Origin: Gemmatimonadota bacterium
GTDB taxonomy: Bacteria; Gemmatimonadota; Gemmatimonadetes; Longimicrobiales; Gaopeijiaceae
NCBI GenBank assembly: GCA_009838975.1
Contig: VXQO01000143.1
Span: 8,764 to 72,763, forward strand
Direction: 5' to 3'
DNA: 64,000 bases
The notes under the pieces were generated by a model. That model did not search any database. It was not told the DNA's origin and saw nothing but the letters and a program-made list of their open reading frames with translations. Position 1 is the stretch's first letter. Each line of letters opens with the position of its first letter. This document shows positions 44,713 through 54,667 of the stretch, in pieces. Both the position numbers and the translations under genes were made by a program.

Positions 44713-46704
44713 ATGAAGACACGCAGCACCATCCGGCCCACCATCCTGATCCTGGCGCTGATGGCCCTCGCCACTACGCAGGCCGCCGCCCAGGACGTCG
44801 CGCGGGTCGAAGTCAGCCCCGCCACGCTCTCCCTCGCAGTCGGGGAGATGGCAACCGTTTCGGCCACCGCCTACGACGCCTCCGGCAACGTCATCGAGGT
44901 GCCTTTCATCTACTTCTCGCGGGACGGCCGCGGGAGTCTGGCCATCGACCGGACGACAGGCGAGATCGAGGCCTTCAGGGGCGGCGAATTCGAAGTCCTG
45001 GCGCGGGTGCTGGGCCCGACGCGGATCAGCGGCACGATGACCGTGACCGTCGCCTTTCCGCCGCTCGACCGCGTGGAGATCTCCCGTCACGGCGGCCGCT
45101 ACTACACCGGCGTCACGATGCGCCACAAGGCGACCGTGATCGACCAGGCCGACGATGCGCGCGACGAAGTAGCGGTGACGTGGAGCACCTCGGACGAAAA
45201 CGTGGCCAGCGTCGACCGTTTCGGCGTCTTCACCGCCCACGCGCCGGGTCAGGTGACGCTTTCGGCTTCCGCGGAGGGCGTAGTCGGCGAAATCACGTAC
45301 CAAGTGGCGGACAATCCGGTCACCGCGATGGCCGTCGAGGCCAGCCAGTCCCGGGGCCGCACCGGCGACGTCATCCACTTCACGGCCACCGCGTCGAGCG
45401 CGGGCGGCACCGTCGACGACATCCCCGTCACCTTCGGACTCATGTCCGACCCCGACGTGATCGCCACCGCCGACATCCCGCCCGCCGAAGTCGACGAGCA
45501 GGGGCGCTTCGTCGCCTACAGGCCGGGCATCTACACCGTGACCGCGAGCGTCCCGGGCCGCACCGCCCACTCGACCGTCGAGATCCTGCCGCGCCATGTC
45601 GTGGAAGAGGTGGAGCTCGTCGGTCACGCACCGGTCAGCAACGTCGCCACCTCCGATCTCTGGGTGTGGGAGGGCGTCGATGGCCGGGACTACGCGATCA
45701 CCGGCACGCACAACGGGCATGGCAGCACGTACTGGTGGGACGTAACCGACCCGGCCAGCCCGGTGCTGACCGATTCGCTCATCGTCGATGCCCGCACGAC
45801 CAACGACGTGAAGGTCTCGGAAGACGGCGAACTCTGCGTTATCTCCCGCGAGGGCGCGTCCAACCGGCGCAACGGGATCGTCATCATCGACTGCACCGAT
45901 CCGCGCAACATCGAGATCATCTCGACCTATGACGACGAACTCACCGGGGGCGTGCACAACCTCTTCATCCACGACGACCACGTGTACGCGGTGAACAACG
46001 GGATCCGCTTCGATGTCATCAACATCGAGGACCCGGCGAACCCGCACCGCGTGGGCCGCTTCGAACTCGACACGCCGGGACACGCCATTCACGACATCTG
46101 GATCGTGGACGGGATCGCCTACACGTCCAACTGGAACGACGGCGTGGCCGTGATCGATGTGGGCGGGGGCGACCGAGGGGGCAGCCCCGCCAACCCGGTC
46201 GAGATCGCGCGCTTCCGCGACATCGGGGGCGCCACCCACGCCGCGTTCCCGTACCGGAGCCCCACGGGCAGGTTCTACATCTTCATGGGCGACGAGATCG
46301 GAGCGCCCGCCTTCGATGGCCAGGAGGACGGCCGCACGCCGGAGTTCATGTCGGGGTACATCCACGTGGTCGACTTCACCGACCCCGAGAACCCCGAAGA
46401 GGTGGCCCGCTACGAGATCCCCGAGGCGGGATCGCACAACATGTGGATCGAGGACGACCGCCTCTACGCCGCATTCTACCAGGGCGGCCTGCGCGTGCTC
46501 GACATCTCGGGCGAGCTAAAGGGCAATCTGTACCACCAGGGCCGCGAGATCGCGGTGTACAAGTCGTACGATCCCGACGGCTTCGTGGCCAACGCGCCCT
46601 TCACCTGGGGCCCGCAGATGCACAAGGGCAACCTGTTCTTCTCCGAGTACTTCTCGGGGATGTGGACGGTGAAGCTGCAGCCGCGTCGCACGCTGATTCC
46701 GTGA
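44713..46704 (+). CDS. Secreted protein: three Big_2 domains followed by an LVIVD-repeat beta-propeller
   Basis: Signal MKTRSTIRPTILILALMALATTQAAAQ. Big_2 pattern x3. LVIVD-type repeats (GIVIIDCTDPRNIEII, FDVINIEDPANPHRV, GVAVIDVGGG, GLRVLDISG). Confidence 0.8.
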   Translation: MKTRSTIRPTILILALMALATTQAAAQDVARVEVSPATLSLAVGEMATVSATAYDASGNVIEVPFIYFSRDGRGSLAIDRTTGEIEAFRGGEFEVLARVLGPTRISGTMTVTVAFPPLDRVEISRHGGRYYTGVTMRHKATVIDQADDARDEVAVTWSTSDENVASVDRFGVFTAHAPGQVTLSASAEGVVGEITYQVADNPVTAMAVEASQSRGRTGDVIHFTATASSAGGTVDDIPVTFGLMSDPDVIATADIPPAEVDEQGRFVAYRPGIYTVTASVPGRTAHSTVEILPRHVVEEVELVGHAPVSNVATSDLWVWEGVDGRDYAITGTHNGHGSTYWWDVTDPASPVLTDSLIVDARTTNDVKVSEDGELCVISREGASNRRNGIVIIDCTDPRNIEIISTYDDELTGGVHNLFIHDDHVYAVNNGIRFDVINIEDPANPHRVGRFELDTPGHAIHDIWIVDGIAYTSNWNDGVAVIDVGGGDRGGSPANPVEIARFRDIGGATHAAFPYRSPTGRFYIFMGDEIGAPAFDGQEDGRTPEFMSGYIHVVDFTDPENPEEVARYEIPEAGSHNMWIEDDRLYAAFYQGGLRVLDISGELKGNLYHQGREIAVYKSYDPDGFVANAPFTWGPQMHKGNLFFSEYFSGMWTVKLQPRRTLIP

Positions 46705-47795
46705 GGGCACCGCTCGCACTCCTCGCCGCCCTCGCCTGCACCGCGACGGGCGGCGAGGCGGCCGCCCAGTCCTACTGGGCCTACGTCGCCGCCGAGTCCG
46801 AGGACGAGGTCGCCCTGCTCCGCTACGACGCGGGCGGCGACCTCGTCGTGGAGAAGACCATCACCACCGGATGGCTCGCGGCCGAGATCGAAGCGCCCCA
46901 CGGCCTCGCCATCGATCCCGCGGGTGATTACTGGTACCTCACCCTGGGGCACGGCTTCCCCACCGGCCGCCTGGTCAAGTACGAGACCGGATCCGACACC
47001 ATCGTGGGCGTCGCCGACCTCGGCATGTTCCCCGCTACGATCGCCGTCCCCCCGCACGGCACCCTCGCGCTCGCCGTCAACGCCAACTTCCACGGCGACC
47101 ACGTCCCCTCGACCGTGACCATCGTCGACCTCGAGACCATGTTCCCGATCGCCGACGTCGTCACCTGCACCATGCCCCACGGCTCCCGCTTCAACGCCGA
47201 CGGCTCGAAGCACTATTCCGCGTGCATGATGGACAACCAGCTCGTCGAGATCGACGGCGCGACCCTCGACGTCACCCGGCGCCTCGACCTCATCGCCAAC
47301 GAGCCCGCACCCGCCCCGATGGACGGGCACATGGCCATGCCCGCGCCCGGCGGCGCCAACTGCTCACCCACGTGGACCACGCCCCACCCGGACGGCAACC
47401 GCGTCTTCGTTCCCTGCAACCGCGGCGACGCCATCCTCGAGGTCGATCTCGCATCGTGGCGGGTCACGCGCCGCATCGAAGCACCCGGCGCGCCCTACAA
47501 CCTCGACCTCACGCCCGACGGCACGAAGCTCCTCGCCACCCTCAAGGGGAGCGCGAAGCTCGGCATCTGGGACGTCGAAACCGGCGAACCGCTGCACCTC
47601 ATCGACTCGCTCATCCCCGTCACGCACGGTGTCGTCGTCACCCCGGACGGCCGCTACGCCATCGTGACCGTCGAGGGCATCGGCGGCGACCCGGGCACCG
47701 TGGAAGTCATCGACATCGAAGCGGGCGCGCGCGTTGCGTCCGCGCAGATCGGCAAACAGGCCGGAGGAATCGTCCTATGGAAGATGGAAGGGTGA
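46701..47795 (+). CDS. YVTN-family beta-propeller repeat protein, lipoprotein-type signal
   Basis: GTG overlaps the upstream stop (GTGA at 46701-46704). VRAPLALLAALACTATGG. PHGLAIDPAGDYWY, PATIAVPPHGTLALAVN, PYNLDLTPDGTKLLAT, THGVVVTPDGRYAIVT. Confidence 0.75.
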   Translation: MRAPLALLAALACTATGGEAAAQSYWAYVAAESEDEVALLRYDAGGDLVVEKTITTGWLAAEIEAPHGLAIDPAGDYWYLTLGHGFPTGRLVKYETGSDTIVGVADLGMFPATIAVPPHGTLALAVNANFHGDHVPSTVTIVDLETMFPIADVVTCTMPHGSRFNADGSKHYSACMMDNQLVEIDGATLDVTRRLDLIANEPAPAPMDGHMAMPAPGGANCSPTWTTPHPDGNRVFVPCNRGDAILEVDLASWRVTRRIEAPGAPYNLDLTPDGTKLLATLKGSAKLGIWDVETGEPLHLIDSLIPVTHGVVVTPDGRYAIVTVEGIGGDPGTVEVIDIEAGARVASAQIGKQAGGIVLWKMEG

Positions 47796-48751
47796 AAAAG
47801 CGCGCCGTCCTCGCCGCGGCAACCCTCGCAGTATGGGCCTGCCAGCCCGCTCCCCCAGAGAGTGCGGAGAACGAACCCGGCTGGCTCTGGTCCGACGAGC
47901 GGGTCATGGAGACCGTCAACGCGGTGCGCGCGGGCCGCAGCCTCCAGCCGGACGAATGGCCCGGCGGCGCCCGTGTCGCCGTCCTCCTCTCCTTCGACGT
48001 CGACAACGAGACCGTCCTCGGTCTCCGCTACGGCGACGCCACCGTCGGCTCCCTGTCACAGGGACAGTACGGCGCCCGCGTCGCGCTCCCCCGCGTCGTC
48101 GACCTCCTCGACCACGAAGGCATCCCCGCCTCGTTCTTCGTCCCCGCCGTCAGTCTTATCCTCAATCCGCACCAGATCGACGTGATCCAGGCGGCAGGAC
48201 ACCACGAATTCGCGATCCACGGCTGGATCCACGAGCTCAACTCCAGCCTCGACGCCGAAACCGAGCGCGCCCTCCTGGAGCGAGCCGTCGACTACATGGC
48301 CGAGGTCACCGGCGTCCGCCCGCTCGGCTACCGCGCCCCGTCCTGGAACTTCAGCCCGAACACGCTGGACATCATCCGCGAGATGGGCTTCCTCTACGAC
48401 TCTTCGCTCATGGCCGACGACCGCCCGTACGAGATCAACGCCCACGGCGAGCCCACCGGCATGGTCGAGCTGCCCGTCGAGTGGATCATGGACGACGCAC
48501 CGGTCTTCAACCCGCGCGGCGCCAGCTACTCGCACCCGCGCGACGTGCTCGAGGTCTGGAAGGACGACTTCGACGGCGCCTACGCCGAGGGCACCATGTT
48601 TCTGCTGACGATGCATCCGCATGTCATCGGCCACCGCTCCCGCATCGTCGTCCTCGAAGAGCTGATCGAGTACATCAAGGGGCACGAGGACGTGTGGTTC
48701 GCAACCCACCTCGAGGCGGCGCAGTACGTGAAGGAGCAGGCCGGGCTGTAG
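47777..48751 (+). CDS. Polysaccharide deacetylase (NodB-homology, PuuE-like) family lipoprotein
   Basis: VAVLLSFDVDNE, ASFFVPAV, FAIHGWIHE, LGYRAPSWNFSPNTLDIIREMGFLYDSSLM. Alternative start GTG at 47792 gives a GTGA overlap with the upstream stop and the signal VKKRAVLAAATLAVWAC. Confidence 0.85.
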   Translation: MEDGRVKKRAVLAAATLAVWACQPAPPESAENEPGWLWSDERVMETVNAVRAGRSLQPDEWPGGARVAVLLSFDVDNETVLGLRYGDATVGSLSQGQYGARVALPRVVDLLDHEGIPASFFVPAVSLILNPHQIDVIQAAGHHEFAIHGWIHELNSSLDAETERALLERAVDYMAEVTGVRPLGYRAPSWNFSPNTLDIIREMGFLYDSSLMADDRPYEINAHGEPTGMVELPVEWIMDDAPVFNPRGASYSHPRDVLEVWKDDFDGAYAEGTMFLLTMHPHVIGHRSRIVVLEELIEYIKGHEDVWFATHLEAAQYVKEQAGL

Positions 48752-48784
48752 CGGGATGTAGCCGGTGGAAGAAACTCCGGTTAC

Positions 48785-49801
48785 TCAGAGCTCCACCGTC
48801 TGAAACCGCGCGCGGAGTTCCAGCGCGAGGTCGTAGAGACACGGGTGGCGGACCTGAGCACCGCCCCCGGACACAATCCATTCGCCGCCTTCTCCATCGG
48901 GCACGACCACTAGAATCGGCGGCGCTGGCCCGTCCCCTTCCCATACGTGCACCCCCTCTCGCTCCAGCGCGCGTGCCGTCCAGTAGCGCGCCAGCCCGTC
49001 CCCGACGAGTTCCACCTCGCCCACGAAATGCCGGTGCACCTGGAATTCGCCCCGTGCTCGATCGAAGTCGACTCCCTCACTGGCGAAGGCCGCCTCGAAT
49101 GCGCCGCTGAGCACGAGGTCCTCCGGCGCTCCCGTTGCCAACGGACCACCCGTCGGAAGGAGCCAGACCCGATCGGCCGCCCGGAGCGCGAGTTCGAGGT
49201 CGTGCGTGGACAGCAGTACGGCACGGCTGGTTTCGCGTACAACACGCCGGAGAAGGCGCATTGCGTCGACCCTGCGCGGGAGGTCCAGGAACGCAGTGAT
49301 TTCGTCCAGGACCATCAGGCGCGGCTCCTGTGCCAGGGCGCGAGCCATCATGACCCGCTGCCGCTCTCCATCGCTCAGGTCACTCACGTATCGATGCGCC
49401 AGGTCCTGTGCTCCGACGCGCTCGAGGCATTCCCGGATGACCTTGTGGTCACGATCGGTCAGCCTTCCGGACCAGTTGATGTGCGGGTAGCGCCCGAGGC
49501 CGACGAGGGCATATGCCGTGAGGAGGCCCGCGTGCACCCTCTCGGTGAGCACGACACTGAGTCGCCTGGCCCGATCGCGGGCCGGCATCGAGTGGATGTC
49601 GTCGCCGTCCACGAGCACCCGGCCGGCGAGGGGAGGCTGCATCCCGGCGACGGTCCGCATCAGGGTGGACTTGCCGGCGCCGTTGGGTCCAAGCAGGCAC
49701 ACCAGCTCCCCTTCGCTCAGTTCGAGCGAGATGTCGGAAGCCAGGACCGTCTCGTCGCGTCTGCTCCGGTAGCCGATGGACAGTTGCTCGAGTGTGAGCA
49801 T
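48785..49801 (-). CDS. ABC transporter ATP-binding protein (FecE/BtuD type) with ~80-aa C-terminal extension
   Basis: Walker A GPNGAGKST, signature LSDGERQRV, Walker B LMVLDE, H-loop STHDL. Confidence 0.9.
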   Translation of the reverse strand: MLTLEQLSIGYRSRRDETVLASDISLELSEGELVCLLGPNGAGKSTLMRTVAGMQPPLAGRVLVDGDDIHSMPARDRARRLSVVLTERVHAGLLTAYALVGLGRYPHINWSGRLTDRDHKVIRECLERVGAQDLAHRYVSDLSDGERQRVMMARALAQEPRLMVLDEITAFLDLPRRVDAMRLLRRVVRETSRAVLLSTHDLELALRAADRVWLLPTGGPLATGAPEDLVLSGAFEAAFASEGVDFDRARGEFQVHRHFVGEVELVGDGLARYWTARALEREGVHVWEGDGPAPPILVVVPDGEGGEWIVSGGGAQVRHPCLYDLALELRARFQTVEL

Positions 49802-49810
49802 TCCGACGTC

Positions 49811-50902
49811 CTAGACGGCCATGCTGCGCATCTGCCGATTGCGCAGGACGACGCCGATGACGACGGGCGCGCCGATCAGCGCGTTCACGGCGTTCAGATG
49901 AAGGACGTGCCGCTCCCATGGGAGGTGCACGACCAGATCGGCGGATAGGCCCAGCAGCGAGCCCATGAGCATGGCGGCGGGCATCAGGATCCGGTGGTCC
50001 GAGGTGTTCAACAGGCCGCGCGCCATGTGCGGAACGATCATCCCGACGAAGAGCACCGGGCCGCAGTACGCCGTGACCGGGGCCGCGAGGATCACCGCCC
50101 CGGCGAGCGCCGACAGCCGCGCCCGCTCCACCGACAGGCCCAGAGTGCCCGCGTACCGCTCGCCAAGCAGGAGCGCGTTGAGCGGCTTCACGATCAGCAG
50201 AGCTCCAACGAGCCCGACCGCCACCAGCGGCAGCAGCACGGGAAAGTGGTCCCAGTACACGCCGGCAAAACTGCCGTCGTTCCATGAGGCAAAGACGCGC
50301 CCCTGGGTCTCGGTTGTGAAGTGGAGGACCACGCTGACCATCCCTTGCGCGAGGAAGCCCAGCATGAGCCCGAGCACCAGGAGCGTGATCGTGCTCACAC
50401 GCCGGGCGACGGACGCGATGACCGCCATGACTCCGCCCGCTCCGATGAAGGCCCCGACGACGATCCCGATTTCACTGAGGAAGGCCAGCCGGGAAAGCAG
50501 CTCGGAGCCGACCACGGCTCCGGCAGCCACGACGACGGCCACGCCGAGCTGTGCGCCGGCGGTAAGGCCGAGCGCCCACGGCCCGGCAAGGGGGTTCCGG
50601 AAGAGCGTCTGGAGCTGGAGTCCGGCCGCGCCGAGAGCCGCTCCCGCGATGAGCGCCGTGATGGCCCGAGGGATTCGGAGCTCGAAGAGGATGGTCCGCC
50701 AGGCTGCCTCTTCGACCTGGGCGCCGACCAGGTAACGCACCACCTGATCCGGTGGAATGGGGACCGAACCGATCATCAGTTCGAGAACGAACACACCCGC
50801 GACGCCTCCCACCAGCAACAGAAAGGCCACCGGACGGAGGGTCGTCCGAAGGTCCGCGCCCGGGGCTCCCGGTGGCGCAGGCGCTTCGGTCGGCTGGTTC
50901 AT
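49811..50902 (-). CDS. FecCD/BtuC-family ABC permease
   Basis: ATG at 50902 overlaps the upstream stop (ATGA). RIPRAITALIAGAALGAAGLQLQTLFRNPLAGPWALG and other FecCD motifs. ~363 aa. Confidence 0.9.
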   Translation of the reverse strand: MNQPTEAPAPPGAPGADLRTTLRPVAFLLLVGGVAGVFVLELMIGSVPIPPDQVVRYLVGAQVEEAAWRTILFELRIPRAITALIAGAALGAAGLQLQTLFRNPLAGPWALGLTAGAQLGVAVVVAAGAVVGSELLSRLAFLSEIGIVVGAFIGAGGVMAVIASVARRVSTITLLVLGLMLGFLAQGMVSVVLHFTTETQGRVFASWNDGSFAGVYWDHFPVLLPLVAVGLVGALLIVKPLNALLLGERYAGTLGLSVERARLSALAGAVILAAPVTAYCGPVLFVGMIVPHMARGLLNTSDHRILMPAAMLMGSLLGLSADLVVHLPWERHVLHLNAVNALIGAPVVIGVVLRNRQMRSMAV

Positions 50903-52119
50903 CGTTCCCGCTCCAGAGGCGCGATCCACTCGAAGCGGTGGCCCGGGAGCCGGGTGGGGTGGAGGAGCGCGATCAGGTCCGCGAGGACCGAAGTCGGATC
51001 GACCTGGGCGCCCTCGTACCAGTCGTCGCCCCCATGTTCGGGGCGGACGCGGACACGGTGATGATACACCCTGCCTTCGCGGTAGGCCGGGATCTGTTCG
51101 AGGTATGCCCGCGAGGGCCATCGCTCGTCCGTACGATCCCACGTGATCCAGTACTGCGCCCGGCGCGCCGCGATCAGGAACTCCTCGTCCGTCATCGGGA
51201 CGCCCTCGCTGAGGCCTCCTTCCCCCTCCGTCACCCCGGCGGAAGCGTCGCCGAGGACATTCTCCGCACCGGCGTCGCGGAGGAGTTCGGACTCCAGCGA
51301 GTTCCTGTGAACCATCCAGCGATCCCCGCTTCGGAAGGCCCAGGTCGCCGGAACGGGAGATGCGCCGGCGACCCGTGCAACAAGCGAGTCCCTTCGCGCA
51401 CGCATCTCGCGAAAGAGCCGATCCGCCTCTGCCTCCGCGCCCAGGAAAAGGCCGAGATACCGGATCCACTCGGCCCGCCCGAGGTAGCTCCGCTCGGCCC
51501 ACGCGAACATCGGCGCGACTGGAACCCCGACGTCTCGAAGCCGTTCGTACTGCCGCGCGTGATCGAGGCTCGCGACTCGAAAGAACGCCGCCTCGATCCC
51601 CTCGGTCAGGAGGAACTCGGTATTCGTGGTCCGATGCAGTGCGCTCCCCACCGCGCCGAGCTGCCCGCTCTCGACCAGCCGGTGGATGTCCAGGTCGTAG
51701 ATCCCGGTTCCGCCGATTCCCCGAAGCCGGTCGAGTCGACCCAGGAGCTTCACCCGGAGCGCGTCCGCATCCCGGTTGACGGTGACACTCGCGGCCGGCA
51801 CCTCGAAGCGCGGGGCCGACTCGAGCTCAGGCGGCAGACGGGGGCGGGTGCCGCGCGCCACGAGCACCATCCGGTCGACGCCGTCCGCCCAAAGGCGCGC
51901 GGCACCCTCATCCAGCGCAGACGGATCGGGCGAAGCATGCACCACCCGGTAGCCGGGACCTGAGGACACCGTGAACCCGGTCGCGAACTCAATGTCGGGT
52001 ACGGCCGGGACGGGAAGCCCCTCGGTGAACGCTCCGTCCACCGAGGAGCCACCGGCGCCGTCGCCCGCACCGCAGCCGAGGGCTGCCGCGGCAAACAGGA
52101 GGGCGGCGCCCCGAATCAT
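50899..52119 (-). CDS. Periplasmic substrate-binding protein (class III, BtuF/FhuD-like), lipoprotein
   Basis: ATG at 52119 overlaps the receptor stop (ATGA). Lipobox LFAAAALGC. Position within the receptor-permease-ATPase operon supports the call. Family assigned mainly by context and weak by-eye similarity. Confidence 0.65.
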   Translation of the reverse strand: MIRGAALLFAAAALGCGAGDGAGGSSVDGAFTEGLPVPAVPDIEFATGFTVSSGPGYRVVHASPDPSALDEGAARLWADGVDRMVLVARGTRPRLPPELESAPRFEVPAASVTVNRDADALRVKLLGRLDRLRGIGGTGIYDLDIHRLVESGQLGAVGSALHRTTNTEFLLTEGIEAAFFRVASLDHARQYERLRDVGVPVAPMFAWAERSYLGRAEWIRYLGLFLGAEAEADRLFREMRARRDSLVARVAGASPVPATWAFRSGDRWMVHRNSLESELLRDAGAENVLGDASAGVTEGEGGLSEGVPMTDEEFLIAARRAQYWITWDRTDERWPSRAYLEQIPAYREGRVYHHRVRVRPEHGGDDWYEGAQVDPTSVLADLIALLHPTRLPGHRFEWIAPLERER

Positions 52120-54470
52120 CGACGAAGCGCGCCAGTGCCCCACGACACGCTCAGTTCGAACGATCGGGGCGAGGCGGGGAGCCCCACGGCCCTACCCTCG
52201 CCGCCGGACAGATAGTAACGCTTGTTCGCGAGGTTCCGACCGTTCAATTGCAGGCGAACGCCGTTGGCCAGCGAGTAGCCCGCCATCGCCTCGAAGCGGT
52301 GATAGCCCCGCAACATACGGTCGTCAGGGTAGCTGGTGAACGCCTTCCACTCGGACTGGAAGAAGACACCCGCGCCGGCGTACAAACCGTTCCCGAGACC
52401 CCTGCGGAGCCAGAGACTTCCGTGGTGCCGCGGCGCGCCCCCGAGGCCGTGCCCGGTCTCGTAGACATCGTCTTCGAGGACGGCGCCGTCCGTGAAGCCG
52501 TATGATGCGATCGCGCTGACCGATCCCGTGAGCCGGCCCAGGAGATCAACCTCGAAGCCGCGGCTTCGCTGCACACCGCTCTGTACCCGGTAGAAACCGC
52601 CCTCGGGGGGGTAGACGAAGCTGATCATCCCGGTTCGCCGCAGGTGGTAGAGGGCGATCGTGGTGGAGAGGCGCCGATCGAGAAGATCCGCCTTCAGCCC
52701 GAGCTCGAACTGACGGCCGAAGTTCGGGTCGAAGGCGTCTCCATTGCGGTCGACCGAGAGCGTGGGGGCGAACGCCTCGCTCATCGATCCGTAGATCGAA
52801 ACGTCGGGCGTCACGCGGTGGACGACTCCCGCCGACGTGGTAAGCTCCTGGTCCGAGAAGTCCTCCTCCGTGCCGTCGTCGCGATCGACGGTAAGCTGAT
52901 CGAAGGTAGTATACCGCAGCCCGAGCTGAAGAACGAACGCGTCACCGAGGGCGATCTGGTCCTGGGCGTAGAGGCCGAGCATGTCGACCGACTGGTCCTC
53001 GACCGCGAACGGCGACGGGGCGACAGCACCGGTGTAGCGCGGGAGGAAGATGTCGATCGGATCCACCGGGCCCCGAAACCGCTCCTCCAGCCGCGTGGTG
53101 GAGTACCCGTCGAGTCCGACGGCGACCCGATGCGAGGTCGGACCGAGCTGGAGCGCACCGATCAGGCCGGCGTCCCAAAAGAGTGTTTCGAGTTCCTGCT
53201 GACGGAAGTCGGTGCGGCGGCCCAGCGTTCGACCATCGCCGCCGAGCGAGCGGAGGTCGACCCGATTCGCGTTTCGTTCGTTCTTCGACCAGCTGGTCGC
53301 GATGCGGGTACTCCAACTCCCGCCGATCCCCTGCTCCAGCCTCGCCAGGACGGCGCTTCGCGCGCGGTCCGCCGGCACGTCGGGCTCTCCGAGGAATCGA
53401 TTGACCGGCTGCTCGTCCAGGCTCGCCAGCGTGGGTGCGGGAGCGAACAGCCCCTCGTCGAGGAGTCCCTCCTCCCGCTTGAACTCGGTCTCCACGGTCA
53501 GCGTCGTGGCAGGACCGGCGTGCCAGGTGATCACGGGCGAGATGAAGCGCGTGCGCCAGAAGACCTCGTCCCGGTAGCTGTCCCGGTTCTCGATTTGGGC
53601 GTTGACCCGGTAGAGAAGGGGCCCGAATAGACGACCGGTAGCGTCGATGCGCCCATCGACACGTCCGAAGCTCCCGCCTGCAACCCGGATTTCCGTTCCC
53701 GTCGCCCCAAGCGGTTGCTTGGTCCGGAGGTTGATCACACCGCCCGGGTCGAGCTGGCCGTAGAGGACGGTCGCCGGTCCCTTCAGGACCTCGACCCGAT
53801 CGGTATTCGCGTCGAGAAGCTCACCGAACTTGGATACCTGCACGCCGTTGCGGCGGAAGTTGCCGTTGCTGTTCGAGTAGAATCCGCGCGCCGCGAAGGT
53901 CGCGTATTCGCCGTTGATCGAGCTCGCCTGGATGAGGCCGCTCACGTTCTTGATGACATCGTCGAGGGTGACTGCGGCCTGCTGTTCGATGACGGCCCCG
54001 GGCACGAGGCTGATCGCCTGGGGCGTCGCGAGGAGCTCGGTTTCGGCCTTTGTGGCCACACGTGAACGGGCCGCGCTCACGGTGAGTCCGTCGACACCGA
54101 GCGGATCGACCTCGAGCTGGATCTCGATCTCCACGACATCGGTACCGATGGTGAGGGGCATCCTGGATGAGTCGTACCCGACAGCCGAAACGACCAGGGT
54201 CCCGGCTCCCTCCGGAACACCGTAAATCGTGAAGCGCCCGTCGGCATCCGTCGACGCTCCCTGGTTCGTTGGCTCGATCCGCACGCTCGCCAGGAGTATC
54301 GGTGCACCGGAATCGGCGGCCCGCACGGTGCCGCTGACGGTACCGTCCTGCTGCGAGGCCCCTTCCGTAATGGCGACGGGTGACGTACCCGCGCGGAGCG
54401 TTGTTGGAGTGTCAGCGAGGATCATCCCGAGGAGGAATGAGAGGACGGGAACGCGTCTCGATATCGGCAT
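52116..54470 (-). CDS. TonB-dependent receptor (siderophore-receptor-like barrel) with CarboxypepD_reg N-domain
   Basis: GGAG SD. GTVSGTVRAADSGAPIL...TDADGRFTIYGV. Plug DDVIKNVSGL...RGF...VEVLKGPATVLYGQLDPGGVINLRTK. ~784 aa. Confidence 0.9.
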   Translation of the reverse strand: MPISRRVPVLSFLLGMILADTPTTLRAGTSPVAITEGASQQDGTVSGTVRAADSGAPILLASVRIEPTNQGASTDADGRFTIYGVPEGAGTLVVSAVGYDSSRMPLTIGTDVVEIEIQLEVDPLGVDGLTVSAARSRVATKAETELLATPQAISLVPGAVIEQQAAVTLDDVIKNVSGLIQASSINGEYATFAARGFYSNSNGNFRRNGVQVSKFGELLDANTDRVEVLKGPATVLYGQLDPGGVINLRTKQPLGATGTEIRVAGGSFGRVDGRIDATGRLFGPLLYRVNAQIENRDSYRDEVFWRTRFISPVITWHAGPATTLTVETEFKREEGLLDEGLFAPAPTLASLDEQPVNRFLGEPDVPADRARSAVLARLEQGIGGSWSTRIATSWSKNERNANRVDLRSLGGDGRTLGRRTDFRQQELETLFWDAGLIGALQLGPTSHRVAVGLDGYSTTRLEERFRGPVDPIDIFLPRYTGAVAPSPFAVEDQSVDMLGLYAQDQIALGDAFVLQLGLRYTTFDQLTVDRDDGTEEDFSDQELTTSAGVVHRVTPDVSIYGSMSEAFAPTLSVDRNGDAFDPNFGRQFELGLKADLLDRRLSTTIALYHLRRTGMISFVYPPEGGFYRVQSGVQRSRGFEVDLLGRLTGSVSAIASYGFTDGAVLEDDVYETGHGLGGAPRHHGSLWLRRGLGNGLYAGAGVFFQSEWKAFTSYPDDRMLRGYHRFEAMAGYSLANGVRLQLNGRNLANKRYYLSGGEGRAVGLPASPRSFELSVSWGTGALRR

Positions 54471-54667
54471 GGTTCAATCTCCTTTTTTGCCAAGGGAAGC
54501 TGCGACGGCCGTGAGGCCCGACCGTCGCGGAGGCAGCAGGGTGTCACGACCCCGGGCACGGCGTGCCGGGTGGCGACAGGGTCTGTCTCCTGCCGTGTTT
54601 GCGCGTCAGCAGCGCAACTGCGGAAGAGGGTTCGGCCAACCCGGGGGAAGGCCTGGGAGCGTTCTCG

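Noticed and set aside
50903-51502. Upstream extension of the permease ORF 49811-51502(-)
   Set aside because: It overlaps the binding-protein gene in another frame. The FecCD protein is full length from the ATG at 50902, which forms an ATGA overlap with the upstream stop.
54471-54667. Cobalamin riboswitch upstream of the TonB receptor/BtuF-like/FecCD operon
   Set aside because: I looked on the sense (minus) strand for the B12 box (AGCCAGGAGACCTGCC-like) and the GGGAA...CCCGCCACTGT core. I found only loose resemblances such as GGCAGGAGACAGACC. The Fur box upstream argues for iron control instead. An Infernal scan would settle it.
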